DNA of 64,000 nucleotides. Origin: Candidatus Nomurabacteria bacterium (GTDB taxonomy: Bacteria; Patescibacteriota; Minisyncoccia; Phycocordibacterales; UBA9973). Below, piece after piece: positions 19,734 to 29,740 of the stretch. Within the stretch, counting starts at the first letter, position 1. Each line of letters starts with the position of its first letter. Location: assembly GCA_052035405.1 (NCBI GenBank), contig JBPOHQ010000004.1, positions 70,687 through 134,686 of the forward strand. The letters are read 5' to 3'. The position numbers were made by a program, and so were the translations under genes. Below the pieces are notes generated by a model. That model did not search any database. It was given only the letters and a program-made list of their open reading frames with translations, and was not told the origin of the DNA.

Positions 19734-20723
19734 ATGGAAAAACTTATAGAAAATTTTAGTGCTCACATACAAGAAGCAATTACTATAGGGGAAAATGCTT
19801 CCTTGTCACAACCAACAACAACTTTAAAAAATGTATTAATCACTGGTATGGGAGGCTCAGGCATAGGCGGTACAATAGCTTCAGAAATAGCCTCTGTTGA
19901 ATCATCTCTACCCTTTTCAATTAGTAAAGGATATTCTATCCCCCAATTTGTCAGTAAAGACACTCTTGTCATTGTATCCTCATACTCTGGAGGCACCGAA
20001 GAAACAATTAGTGCCATGAAAAAAGCACAAGCAAAGGGTGCAAAAATAGTGTGCATTACTTCAGGTGGCGAAGTAGAGAAAATTGCAAAAGAAAACAACA
20101 TTGACCACATCATAATCCCAGGGGGTATGCCACCTCGATCAGCACTTGGATACTCACTCGTGCAAATGTTTTTTATCTTTAATTATTTTGGACTCATACA
20201 AGATAGTTTTAAAAACGATTTACTTGCTGCTGTAGAGTTATTAAACAAAGAACAAAATAATATAAAAGAATCAGCAAAGAAAATAGCTGAAAAACTCTAT
20301 GGTACTCTGCCTGTCATCTACGCCCCTTATGGCTCAGAAGGTATAGCCGTACGTTTCAAACAACAATTAAATGAAAACGCAAAAATGCTCTGTTGGTACG
20401 GTGTTGTTCCTGAAATGAACCACAACGAACTCGTCGGCTGGGCTGGTGGCAATGAGCACATCTCAGTGGTTATTTTTAGAAATGACGGAGACTACCTTCG
20501 TATCGCAAAAAGAATAGATATTTCAAAGGAAGTAATCTCAAAGTATACTCAAAATATCATAGAAATATACTCAAAAGGAGCTTCCCTTATAGAAAAGGCT
20601 CTCTATCATATACACACAGGCGACTATATTTCTTTTTACCTTGCACAGATGAAGGAAGTTGATGTGACCGATATCAAAGTTATTGAATATTTAAAGGCTT
20701 CTTTAACAGAAGTAAAAGATTAA
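19734..20723 (+). CDS. Bifunctional phosphoglucose/phosphomannose isomerase
   Basis: GMGGSGIGG, SSYSGGTEET, PPRSA, NENAK, PEMNHNE. Confidence 0.93.
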   Translation: MEKLIENFSAHIQEAITIGENASLSQPTTTLKNVLITGMGGSGIGGTIASEIASVESSLPFSISKGYSIPQFVSKDTLVIVSSYSGGTEETISAMKKAQAKGAKIVCITSGGEVEKIAKENNIDHIIIPGGMPPRSALGYSLVQMFFIFNYFGLIQDSFKNDLLAAVELLNKEQNNIKESAKKIAEKLYGTLPVIYAPYGSEGIAVRFKQQLNENAKMLCWYGVVPEMNHNELVGWAGGNEHISVVIFRNDGDYLRIAKRIDISKEVISKYTQNIIEIYSKGASLIEKALYHIHTGDYISFYLAQMKEVDVTDIKVIEYLKASLTEVKD

Positions 20724-20728
20724 AAATT

Positions 20729-20762
20729 TGTAATATATTAGGCGTTTGCTTCGTCTACTAGT
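20729..20762 (+). promoter_or_regulatory. ECF-type promoter (probable autoregulation, leaderless)
   Basis: TGTAAT-N17-CGTCTA, 5 nt before the sigma ATG. Confidence 0.6.
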
Positions 20763-21272
20763 ATGGAAGAACATAAAAAACAATTCGAGGAGTGCTACAA
20801 CTTGCATGCAGATGCGATATACAGATTTTGTGTATATAAAGTCAGCGACAGCAAGCAAGCCGAAGATCTCACATCCGAAGCCTTTATAAGGCTTTGGGAA
20901 TATATGGTTGATGGTAAAAAAATAGACAACCTTAAGAGTTTTTTATATCAGATAGTTAGGAATTTGATAATAGATTTTTATAGGAAGAAAAAATCTAGTT
21001 CGCTTGATAAGATGCAAGAAGAAGGATTTGAGCCTTCGAACGAGGATTACGAGAAAATACAGAATCTTTCTGAGATTCGTATAGCTAGTGAAATCATAAA
21101 TACTTTAGAGGATAAATACAGAGACATCATTTACATGAAGCTCGTTGAGGAAATGGATTTAAAAGAAATTGCAAAAACATTACATATAACGATAAATAAT
21201 GCAACCGTAAGACTTCATCGAGGGTTAAAACACTTACAAAGAATTATTCAAAATAAAGAAAATGAAAACTAG
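20763..21272 (+). CDS. ECF RNA polymerase sigma factor
   Basis: AEDLTSEAF, RNLIIDFYRK, region 4 HTH. Confidence 0.93.
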   Translation: MEEHKKQFEECYNLHADAIYRFCVYKVSDSKQAEDLTSEAFIRLWEYMVDGKKIDNLKSFLYQIVRNLIIDFYRKKKSSSLDKMQEEGFEPSNEDYEKIQNLSEIRIASEIINTLEDKYRDIIYMKLVEEMDLKEIAKTLHITINNATVRLHRGLKHLQRIIQNKENEN

Positions 21273-22134
21273 CAAACAAGAACAATTTAATAAAGGTATA
21301 GAAAGACTTAAAAACACTCATCTATCTTTAGATGCAAAAAACTCCATCAAAGAACGTCTCTCTATTCACACAAAAACTTATATTCCAAAAATAAAGACTC
21401 CGTATTTTACCCATATTCATTTTTCATATAGAGCTGTAATCATATCTTTTGTTTTAGTTTTTTCTTTATCTATAGGCACAACGTATGCTTCTTTTAGTAG
21501 CCTACCAGGGGATGTACTCTACCCCATCAAAACAAATTTTACAGAACCGATGATAAAATTTACCAAAAAAACAAAAGAAGAAAAAGAGGCCTTCGATTTA
21601 GTTTTAGCTGACACGAGAATCTCTGAAATTGAAGAACTCATAAAAAAAGACACAATAACTGAAGCTAAACTTGATGCAAATTTAGCATTATTTGAAAAAC
21701 ATTTAGACGAAATAAAGAGAGACAGAAGTGAAAAAGAAAAAACAAAAGAAAGTAACGAAAAAGAATCTTTGGATACAGCAGTTTTACTTAAAGTGGACTT
21801 AGGTTCTGAAGAAGAAAAACAAAACGACTCAGACTCTCGTATCAATAAATATAGAGATATAATACTTTCAAAACCAAGCTTGAATGATTTTTACGAAAAA
21901 AAAGCCAAGACAAAATTAGATTCTAGACGAAATAAAAGTGAACAGAAAGAAGCTGAAGAAAAGACAAAAACAGTAGAGGAAAAAGGAGGGAAAGAAATTA
22001 GAAATTCAAAAGATGATAAAAGTTCAGAAAACAAAGAAAAAAATAATAATATCCACGAAACAGAAATAGAGTCAGAACACGAATTAGAGCTTGAAGATGA
22101 TGATATATTAGATATCAATATTCTAAATAGATAA
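21262..22134 (+). CDS. Putative anti-sigma factor (DUF5667-like)
   Basis: Single TM then SLPGDVLYPIK; overlaps sigma stop. Confidence 0.75.
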   Translation: MKTSKQEQFNKGIERLKNTHLSLDAKNSIKERLSIHTKTYIPKIKTPYFTHIHFSYRAVIISFVLVFSLSIGTTYASFSSLPGDVLYPIKTNFTEPMIKFTKKTKEEKEAFDLVLADTRISEIEELIKKDTITEAKLDANLALFEKHLDEIKRDRSEKEKTKESNEKESLDTAVLLKVDLGSEEEKQNDSDSRINKYRDIILSKPSLNDFYEKKAKTKLDSRRNKSEQKEAEEKTKTVEEKGGKEIRNSKDDKSSENKEKNNNIHETEIESEHELELEDDDILDINILNR

Positions 22135-22142
22135 AATATGTA

Positions 22143-23453
22143 TTAGTACTTTTCCAGCCACTCTTTCTCTTGTCTCACTAAAAGATTTTTCTTCTTTTTT
22201 TGATCTTTTAATAATACCTCAACGGCTCGTTCCATACGCATACCCTGAGAACCTTTAACTAGCACAACGTCACCTTCTCGTATTGTATTTCTTACAAATT
22301 CACCTGCGTCACGTGCATTAAAAAATTCAAAAATATTTTCCTCTGGCATACCAGCATTTTGTGCACCAGTCTTGATAAAATGTGCCCTAGATCCTACAAC
22401 CACCAAAATAGTACAAATTTCTTTAGCAATATTCCCTATTGCAACGTGAGCCTCTTCTGTGTGTTTACCGAGCTCAAGCATGTCGCCCAAAACCGCTATT
22501 TTTCTCCCAAAGGTATTCACTTCTTGCAATCTTTTTAGGGCTGCCTCACAAGCAAATGGAGAAGAATTATACGTATCATCGATGATTGTAGAATATTTTG
22601 CACCCTCCAGCAATCTCATTCTACCTTTTGGTACATCGTAATTTTTCAATGCGTCTATAGCTTCTAAAATATTTATTTTAAATTCACTAACCACAGCGAG
22701 AGAAGCGATAGATGCGTATAAATGATTTATTCCAAAAGCACCATTTATAATGACAGGAAGACTTTTACCATTTTCATTTAATTTGAAAGATATACCTAGA
22801 GGAATATTTTTTTTATTAGTATCCTTTGTACCATAAAATATATTTTCACTTGAAGCAACAAAATCTGCTTCTGAATTAAATCCATATGTTATTACCCGAC
22901 ACTTTGTTTTAAATTTCATCTCTAAAACACTCTCGTCATCAGCATTTAAAACCAACAGACCTGTTTTTTTTAAAGTTTTTATCAGAAGACTTTTTTCTTC
23001 AATAAGATGTTTTTTTGAATTAAAAAATTCTATGTGTGGAGGTATCTGTCCTATCGCTGTGATTATAACAATATCAGTACTAAGCCATGAAGCCGTTTCC
23101 TTCATATCTCCAGGCCTACCTACTCCTACTTCCAAAATAAGCCATTCTGGATATTCATGCGGCCAAATAATAAGCCATAATCCTTTTAGGATATTTTTAA
23201 TCCAAAGAACAGAGTCATTCCATCCATTTGGAATTCCTAACACAACTAATGGTAAACCTATCTGACTGTTATAACTTTTTTCAGTTTTACGTACATAACA
23301 AAAAGGAGACAACACATTATACAATGCATCTTTAGTTGAAGTTTTACCAATAGAACCTGTAATAGCTACAATTTTTGGTTTATACTTTTTAAGTACAAGC
23401 TGTGACTCTGTTTTTAAAATCCAAATAAGGATTTTTTTGAATATATTTTTCAT
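22143..23453 (-). CDS. murF: UDP-MurNAc-tripeptide:D-Ala-D-Ala ligase
   Basis: ITGSIGKTSTK, DDTYNSSP, LGDMLELG, LVKGS. Confidence 0.93.
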   Translation of the reverse strand: MKNIFKKILIWILKTESQLVLKKYKPKIVAITGSIGKTSTKDALYNVLSPFCYVRKTEKSYNSQIGLPLVVLGIPNGWNDSVLWIKNILKGLWLIIWPHEYPEWLILEVGVGRPGDMKETASWLSTDIVIITAIGQIPPHIEFFNSKKHLIEEKSLLIKTLKKTGLLVLNADDESVLEMKFKTKCRVITYGFNSEADFVASSENIFYGTKDTNKKNIPLGISFKLNENGKSLPVIINGAFGINHLYASIASLAVVSEFKINILEAIDALKNYDVPKGRMRLLEGAKYSTIIDDTYNSSPFACEAALKRLQEVNTFGRKIAVLGDMLELGKHTEEAHVAIGNIAKEICTILVVVGSRAHFIKTGAQNAGMPEENIFEFFNARDAGEFVRNTIREGDVVLVKGSQGMRMERAVEVLLKDQKKKKNLLVRQEKEWLEKY

Positions 23454-23455
23454 AG

Positions 23456-25168
23456 TTATCTATCTGGAGGTAGTTCGTAATAGTTAATTAAAAATTTAAC
23501 AACACGGAGAAATGGATCAGCCCATGTTTGTGCAGCATACGGAACACCTTTTGGATTGACTGCGTATAAAAAGACAATAAATTTAGGATCATAGGCAGGA
23601 AGATACCCAAAAAATGAATGAGTGTTCCTGTCTTCATAGTAGCCCCCAGTAACATTATTCGCAACTTGAGCTGTTCCTGTTTTAATGGCAATACTATAAT
23701 TATCAATTTTACCAAGCCCTCCTTTAAGTGATTTATCCATCACAGTTACCAACATACGAGTAATTTCTTCACTGGTTTCTTTAGAGATTTTAGTTTGTTT
23801 TGTAGGATATATTAAATCTTCCTCTGTACCATCGTCATATTTTATTTTTTTTCCTAAATGAGGTGTCACTAATATTCCACCATTAGAAAGTGCCGAGAGT
23901 GCCCTCACTAACTCTACTGGAGTCAGAGCGATTCCTTGACCGAATGCAGCATTTGCATATTCTAGCTCACGTGGACTATTCAAGTTCGCCACAAGACCAC
24001 TAGTTTCGTTTGGTAAATCAATTCCTGTTTTTTCTTTAATACCAAAAGAAAGCATATAATCTCGCATCCGTTCTTTACCTAATTTCTGATATGCAAAAAC
24101 CATACCGGTATTCAAAGATTGATTAAGCACGTCTTGCATGCTTGTACCTGGACCACGTCCCTTTTTGTCGAAATTAAATATTTCTCTCTTCTCAACTATA
24201 ACAGAACCAGTATCAGTGTATGTCGTGCTTGCCTTAAGTACTCCAGCATCAAGTGCACTTGCCATAACGATCGGTTTTACGACAGAACCAAACTCCAACA
24301 CATTTTCAACCAATGGGTTTGAAAACAATTTTGGATTTTGAACTTGTGAAAAGTTGTTTAAATCAAAACTAGGCAATGAAGATAAAGCATATATAGAGCC
24401 GTCGGTAGGGTTCATAATAATTCCTCCTATAGAATCTGCATTATATGTATCTCGTACATTTGCTAATTCTTTTTCTAAAAAACTCTGAACGCTTGGCTCA
24501 ATGGTCGTAACGATATCTCCTCTTTTTGAATCTCCTTTAAATAAAGTTTTATTTATATTAGAAAATACTTCTGCAAAGAAATTGACGTAAGGATTATCTT
24601 TATCCCGGGTCAACTCTTTATTGTAGGTTCTCTCTAATCCATACCGTCCTGCGAGCGAATCTCCACTATAGGCCACAAAACCGAGCGTATGTGCTGCCAT
24701 GGAGTTACCTGGATAAAATCGCCATTTCTCTTTAAAAATTTTTACTCCCGTTAGGTCAAATGCTGAGATGGCATCTGCTTGTGTTTTCGTCAGATGATAA
24801 GCTAACTCTTCATATGGATCTTCTTTTTTAGCAACTTTTTTGAAAAATTCTTCTTCGTCTAAGTCTACAATAGTAGACAATTTTTGATATACCAATTTTT
24901 GATCTTTTATATCTTTTGGTGTGATCGCAAGTTTAAAACCAGAAGCTTGAGTCGCTCCAGAAACAAGGTTTCCATCTTTTTTGGTAAAAAAAATGGTTCC
25001 ACGCTCAAATATGTTTGAAGCTGGTGTTACGTACTGCCGAATCGCTTCATCAGCATAAAAATTACGATGAACGATCTGTGTCAAAAACAACTTGCCAATA
25101 AGAATCAGTGAAAATAGCAAGACTAAAATGAGTAGTATATTTGTTCTAAAAGAAAACTCAGATTTCAT
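23456..25168 (-). CDS. ftsI: Class B penicillin-binding protein
   Basis: SVVK, SLN, KTG motifs; dcw context. Confidence 0.9.
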   Translation of the reverse strand: MKSEFSFRTNILLILVLLFSLILIGKLFLTQIVHRNFYADEAIRQYVTPASNIFERGTIFFTKKDGNLVSGATQASGFKLAITPKDIKDQKLVYQKLSTIVDLDEEEFFKKVAKKEDPYEELAYHLTKTQADAISAFDLTGVKIFKEKWRFYPGNSMAAHTLGFVAYSGDSLAGRYGLERTYNKELTRDKDNPYVNFFAEVFSNINKTLFKGDSKRGDIVTTIEPSVQSFLEKELANVRDTYNADSIGGIIMNPTDGSIYALSSLPSFDLNNFSQVQNPKLFSNPLVENVLEFGSVVKPIVMASALDAGVLKASTTYTDTGSVIVEKREIFNFDKKGRGPGTSMQDVLNQSLNTGMVFAYQKLGKERMRDYMLSFGIKEKTGIDLPNETSGLVANLNSPRELEYANAAFGQGIALTPVELVRALSALSNGGILVTPHLGKKIKYDDGTEEDLIYPTKQTKISKETSEEITRMLVTVMDKSLKGGLGKIDNYSIAIKTGTAQVANNVTGGYYEDRNTHSFFGYLPAYDPKFIVFLYAVNPKGVPYAAQTWADPFLRVVKFLINYYELPPDR

Positions 25169-25532
25169 TTTGAGCTAATTGTATATTTCTTTCTTTAAGT
25201 GTATTAAATCCTAGAGGTTGACGTACAGCAAATGCAGGTTTTGCCTCTATAAACCCAAGAGAATGTGATAATTCAAGATCAACACCAGAGGTCATAGATA
25301 GGTAAGTTAATTCCAACTCACTGATATCAGTAGCCAATGCTCTAGAATCATTTTCAAATCCTTTTCTTTCAATAACAGCAAGAATCATAGTACTCAAAAC
25401 TATCACATAAAGAACTGCTAACACCCCAAACGATACCAAAATAGCACGAAACATACGCTCTCGAAGATTGCTGTTGTCTACAATAGACACTCCCCTTTTA
25501 TAATTTTTTACTCTTTGTTGAATTTCTTTCAT
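25158..25532 (-). CDS. FtsL-like division protein
   Basis: TM plus coiled coil between rsmH and PBP. Confidence 0.65.
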   Translation of the reverse strand: MKEIQQRVKNYKRGVSIVDNSNLRERMFRAILVSFGVLAVLYVIVLSTMILAVIERKGFENDSRALATDISELELTYLSMTSGVDLELSHSLGFIEAKPAFAVRQPLGFNTLKERNIQLAQNEI

Positions 25533-25536
25533 GTTA

Positions 25537-26442
25537 TTATTTTATTTTTTCTATGATTCTTAATTTTGCACTTCTCGACCTGTTATTTTTTTTTAATTCT
25601 TCTTCTCCTGCTATAATTGGCTTTTTTGTTATTAAAATCGCATCACCATCATCTTTCTTTTTTTTATAAAAATTTTTTACAATTCGGTCTTCCAAGCTAT
25701 GAAACGCTATGACTGACATCCTCTTATCTTTTTTTAAAATTTCAAAACCTCCCTCAAGCCCTTTTTCCAAACTGGTCAACTCGTCGTTGACTGCTATACG
25801 TAGGGCCTGAAACGTTCTTGTAGCAAAATGAATCTTACCCTTTGTATACTTTGCTTTAATGGAATTTCGTATTACCTCTACTAATTCAAATGTTGTACTT
25901 ATCTCTTTTTCTTCTCTTGCGAGAACTATGCCTTTTGCTATTCTGCGTGCTAGTTTTTCTTCACCATATCCATAAATAATATCCGCAAGACTTTCTTCAC
26001 TCCACGTATTCACAATTTCCTTTGCAGTGACGTCGTCTTCATTTGGATTCTCTTTCATGGTCATATACAGCGGTTCATCTTTCATAAAAGAAAAGCCTCT
26101 TCCTGCATTTTCTAATTGATCAGAGCTCAATCCTAAATCCAAAACAACACCATCTACCCTTTCGATTTCCAACCCACGAACAAGTAGTTGTATATCTCTA
26201 AAATTTCCGTTAAGAAAAGTTATTCTATCCTCAAAACCCTTAAATTTAGCTTCTGCTTTACTCCATGCACTGTTGTCTTGATCTATGGCAATTACTTTTG
26301 CCTTTGGAAAATTCTTTAATATATAGATGCTGTGACCCCCTCCTCCAAAGGTACCGTCTACAACGATACTTTCTTCTTTAGAATTTAAATCTAACCCTTC
26401 TATTGTTTCTTTTAAAAGAACTGTCTTATGAACTGTTTGCAT
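25537..26442 (-). CDS. rsmH: 16S rRNA m4C1402 methyltransferase
   Basis: DGTFGGGGHS, DLGLSS, FQALRIAVN, FHSLEDR. Confidence 0.97.
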   Translation of the reverse strand: MQTVHKTVLLKETIEGLDLNSKEESIVVDGTFGGGGHSIYILKNFPKAKVIAIDQDNSAWSKAEAKFKGFEDRITFLNGNFRDIQLLVRGLEIERVDGVVLDLGLSSDQLENAGRGFSFMKDEPLYMTMKENPNEDDVTAKEIVNTWSEESLADIIYGYGEEKLARRIAKGIVLAREEKEISTTFELVEVIRNSIKAKYTKGKIHFATRTFQALRIAVNDELTSLEKGLEGGFEILKKDKRMSVIAFHSLEDRIVKNFYKKKKDDGDAILITKKPIIAGEEELKKNNRSRSAKLRIIEKIK

Positions 26443-26886
26443 CTAATTACTGTTTTTACTTAACTTTTCTGCTAATGCATCTGCTTCTTTTTCAACTTTC
26501 TCTTTATATACAGTCCATGCTTTTTCATTCCAGATTTCAACTCGGTCTTCGACTCCCACTACTGCTGCAGAATTCTTCAGGTTAATTCGTTCCTTTAAGA
26601 AAGGAGGTAGAAGAATTCTACCAATCGAATCGACTTCAACTTCCGCTGCACGTCCAAACATGAATCGATTAAAACTTCTCTTGTCTGCAGACAAAAATGA
26701 AAGATCACTCTCAGAATTTGATAATCTCTTTGAGACTTTTTCCCATTCCTTCACTGTAAACACAAACAAACACTGATCAAGTCCAGGTGTAATAATAATT
26801 TTCTTACCCATTTCCTTGCGGAATTTTGAAGGCAAAGACATTCTGTTTTTTTCATCTATGGTATGTATGTATTCGCCAATTAACAT
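26443..26886 (-). CDS. mraZ: Transcriptional regulator MraZ
   Basis: IDEKNR and VDSIGRI repeats. Confidence 0.97.
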   Translation of the reverse strand: MLIGEYIHTIDEKNRMSLPSKFRKEMGKKIIITPGLDQCLFVFTVKEWEKVSKRLSNSESDLSFLSADKRSFNRFMFGRAAEVEVDSIGRILLPPFLKERINLKNSAAVVGVEDRVEIWNEKAWTVYKEKVEKEADALAEKLSKNSN

Positions 26887-26920
26887 ATGTTTAAGAAATA
26901 ATTATTACAACTTTTCTAAT

Positions 26921-26970
26921 TTCCCACTTTTTCCCACTTGTATTACATTATAAACCACCCTCCCCCACTA
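26921..26970 (-). promoter_or_regulatory. MraZ operator repeats and dcw promoter
   Basis: GTGG(G) direct repeats at 10-bp spacing flanking TATAAT. Confidence 0.75.
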
Positions 26971-26980
26971 CGCAAATTAA

Positions 26981-27016
26981 AAAACACCTTTCTGTGGATA
27001 ACAGAAAGGTGTTTTT
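26981..27016. terminator. Terminator hairpin containing a perfect DnaA box
   Basis: AAAACACCTTTCTGT/ACAGAAAGGTGTTTT stem; TGTGGATAA at 26993-27001. Confidence 0.6.
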
Positions 27017-27048
27017 AGCTTTTTAAATAAAGGTTAAATACAATATAT

Positions 27049-27399
27049 CTAGTCGTTTTTATCGTGAATCAAAAGTTTATTTCCAACCCAAGTTAGGATT
27101 GATACTACTAACGCTCCTAATACTGCTGGAATGAAACCATCTACACTAAATCCTTCTATAAACGAAGCCACGAACCAGAAGAGTAACCCATTTATCACTA
27201 GAGAAAATAACCCTAGCGTAAGTATTGTGATTGGTAATGCAAGAATATGGAGAATTGGTTTTAAGAAAAAACTCACAAGTCCCCATACGAGTGCAACAAT
27301 AAGTGCGATATAAAAACTAGCGACCGTTATACCAGGTACAAAATACGCTGCACCAAGTACTGATAATGCTACAATTAACCATTTTAATATAAATTTCAT
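27049..27399 (-). CDS. Phage holin family / YvlD (DUF360) membrane protein
   Basis: 4 TM, LPITILTLGLF.LVIN motif. Confidence 0.88.
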   Translation of the reverse strand: MKFILKWLIVALSVLGAAYFVPGITVASFYIALIVALVWGLVSFFLKPILHILALPITILTLGLFSLVINGLLFWFVASFIEGFSVDGFIPAVLGALVVSILTWVGNKLLIHDKND

Positions 27400-27425
27400 A
27401 AATATACGTTAGTTAAAATTAATAA

Positions 27426-28892
27426 TTATTTATCTTCATTTCTTGGTTTCATCAGTGGGAAAAATACGGTCTCACGAATAGATTCACCTGCAAGCACTGC
27501 AAAAAGTCTTTCTCCGAAACCGAAGCCACAAGTCGGAGGCATACCGTGTTCGAGCATCTCGACGAATTCCCATTCAGGCATCATTGCTTCATCATCCCCT
27601 CGTTCTATGAGACTTTGTTGTAATTCAAATCTCTCTCTTTGGTCAACTGGGTCATTGAGCTCAGAGAAACCATTACCGAGTTCAGATCCTGCGATGAGTG
27701 GCTGAAATCTTTCTGTTAGTTCTGGATTACTTGGTAAAGACTTTGAAAGTGGAGACACGATCTTTGGATGATGCACTAGGAATGCTGGTCCTGAGATAGT
27801 CTTTCTGCAGTATTTCCAGAGTGTATCTATGAGTCTTTCTTTGTTTGCACCATCGTATTTTATTCCTAATTCCTGTGCTTTCTTTTCCATTTCAGGAAGA
27901 GTTGCAGACAAAATATCAATACCTGTTTTTTCAAGTACAGTGTCTCGATAATCAATCCTAGGCCAAGTATCAGCTAAATCAAACTCATGTCCTCGAACTG
28001 AGAATTTTGTAGTGCCAAAAACTTCTTGTGCAATGTACTTATACATTTTCTCTACAAGTTCCATACCGTCTTTATAATTCGCATATGCCCAGTAGAATTC
28101 CATATTGGTAAATTCTTGTAAGTGATCAGGGCTAGACCCTTCGTTTCTATACACTCGTCCGATTTCAAAAGTCTTTGGAAGGCCTGCAGCCATTAACCTC
28201 TTTTGCCATAGTTCTCCTACAGAGATGCGAAGATACACAGGCATGTCATAATCATTGTGATGAGTTTTGAATGGTCTTGCTTCTGCTCCACCTGTGGTCA
28301 CCTCAAGGGTTGGAGTTTCTACTTCTAGAAATCCTTCAGAGAGCATGAAGTCTCGAGTTGCTTTCCAGAATTTTGATTTCTTTTCTAAAATCTCTCTCAG
28401 TTTTTCATTCGTCAAAATATCTAGATATCGCTTTCTGTATCTCTCGTCGTCGTCAGTAATTCCATGCCATTTTTCTGGAAGAGGGAGAAGTGTTTTTGTG
28501 AGCATTCGCCAATCACGAGCCTCACATGTTTTCTCACCTCTCTTAGTTGTAAAAAAAGTACCTTGTATTTCAATAAAATCTCCTATGTCTACCGTTTCAG
28601 AAAATAAATTTAATTTCTCTTCGCCTATAACGTCTAATTTAAGTAGTCCTTGGAAAGAAGCTGTACCATCATTAAGAGTCACAAACACAATAGCACCCTG
28701 TCCACGGATAGACATAATACGTCCAGATATCCATTTTAAAGATGTTTCCTTTTCTAGTTGTTCAAAATTCTCGACAGCTTGAGTGAGAGATAACTCTCTT
28801 TTTGACTCAGCAGGAAAAGGATTAATACCTTTTTCCTGTAAAAGATTTAATTTTTTAAGTCGAGCGTCTTTAATTTCATCTATTGAAGACAT
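27426..28892 (-). CDS. lysS: Lysine-tRNA ligase (class II)
   Basis: RYRKRYLD, FLEVETP, YRNEG, GMPPTCGFGFG. Confidence 0.97.
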   Translation of the reverse strand: MSSIDEIKDARLKKLNLLQEKGINPFPAESKRELSLTQAVENFEQLEKETSLKWISGRIMSIRGQGAIVFVTLNDGTASFQGLLKLDVIGEEKLNLFSETVDIGDFIEIQGTFFTTKRGEKTCEARDWRMLTKTLLPLPEKWHGITDDDERYRKRYLDILTNEKLREILEKKSKFWKATRDFMLSEGFLEVETPTLEVTTGGAEARPFKTHHNDYDMPVYLRISVGELWQKRLMAAGLPKTFEIGRVYRNEGSSPDHLQEFTNMEFYWAYANYKDGMELVEKMYKYIAQEVFGTTKFSVRGHEFDLADTWPRIDYRDTVLEKTGIDILSATLPEMEKKAQELGIKYDGANKERLIDTLWKYCRKTISGPAFLVHHPKIVSPLSKSLPSNPELTERFQPLIAGSELGNGFSELNDPVDQRERFELQQSLIERGDDEAMMPEWEFVEMLEHGMPPTCGFGFGERLFAVLAGESIRETVFFPLMKPRNEDK

Positions 28893-28924
28893 ACGTTATA
28901 AATCGCATTTATGCGAATAAAGAT

Positions 28925-29392
28925 TTAGAAAACTTTTATAATTTTATATTTAACTGATCCTTTTGGTGTTTCAAAAATAACGGTATCTCCTTTTTTCTTA
29001 CCAAAGAGAGCTCCTCCAAATGGAGAACGGTTTGAAATTTTTCCTTCTGCCATACTTGCCTCTTCAGACCCGACAATGTTATAGGTAATTTCTTTATCAG
29101 TTCCTTCTTTAATGACAACAACTTTAGAGCCCACAGAGACCGTATCTCCACCGCCGCCAGTTACCACAGTTGCGGATTGTAGAATTTTTTCTACTACTTT
29201 TATTCTTTCTTCAAGTTTTCCTTGATCTTCGCGAGCATTGTGATATTCTGCGTTTTCTGACAAATCACCAAGCGACTTCGCGTATTCCAAAATTTCGATT
29301 ATTTCTCTTCTTTTTGGGCCTCGTAAATCTGCTAATTCTTTTTCTAAAGCAATCTTTTTTTCTTCTGTTATGTAATCTCCTGTTTTATCCAT
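28925..29392 (-). CDS. greA: Transcription elongation factor GreA
   Basis: GDLSENAEY, ISNRSP. Confidence 0.97.
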   Translation of the reverse strand: MDKTGDYITEEKKIALEKELADLRGPKRREIIEILEYAKSLGDLSENAEYHNAREDQGKLEERIKVVEKILQSATVVTGGGGDTVSVGSKVVVIKEGTDKEITYNIVGSEEASMAEGKISNRSPFGGALFGKKKGDTVIFETPKGSVKYKIIKVF

Positions 29393-29499
29393 TTAATGAA
29401 TAGTACCTTTTTTTTGCTTAAAAATCAATTATACTTAAAAGTAGCTTATTCTTACTTGATGGACTTGCAATACGTATAAGTTATGCTAATATATACCAC

Positions 29500-29727
29500 A
29501 TGGCAAAAACAGTAATAGAAGTGAAGAAAAACCCAAACGAAAACAATATGAGTATATTGCGTCGTTTTTCTCGTAAAGTTCAAGAATCAAATATAATACA
29601 AAAAGTGAAAGGCTCTCGCTATAATGAAAGAAAAGAGTCTAAGATTAAAGTAAAAAAAGGAACCCTAAAGAGACTCGGTAAAAGAAAGGAAATGGAAAAG
29701 CTACGAAAGCTCGGTAAAATTAAATAA
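29500..29727 (+). CDS. rpsU: 30S ribosomal protein bS21 (CPR type)
   Basis: Basic 75 aa, E..ILRRFSRKV pattern. Confidence 0.75.
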   Translation: MAKTVIEVKKNPNENNMSILRRFSRKVQESNIIQKVKGSRYNERKESKIKVKKGTLKRLGKRKEMEKLRKLGKIK

Positions 29728-29740
29728 GACTAAAAATGGT

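Noticed and set aside
27049-27399. Prophage suggested by holin-family gene
   Set aside because: YvlD/DUF360 is a common chromosomal gene, flanked here by lysS and mraZ
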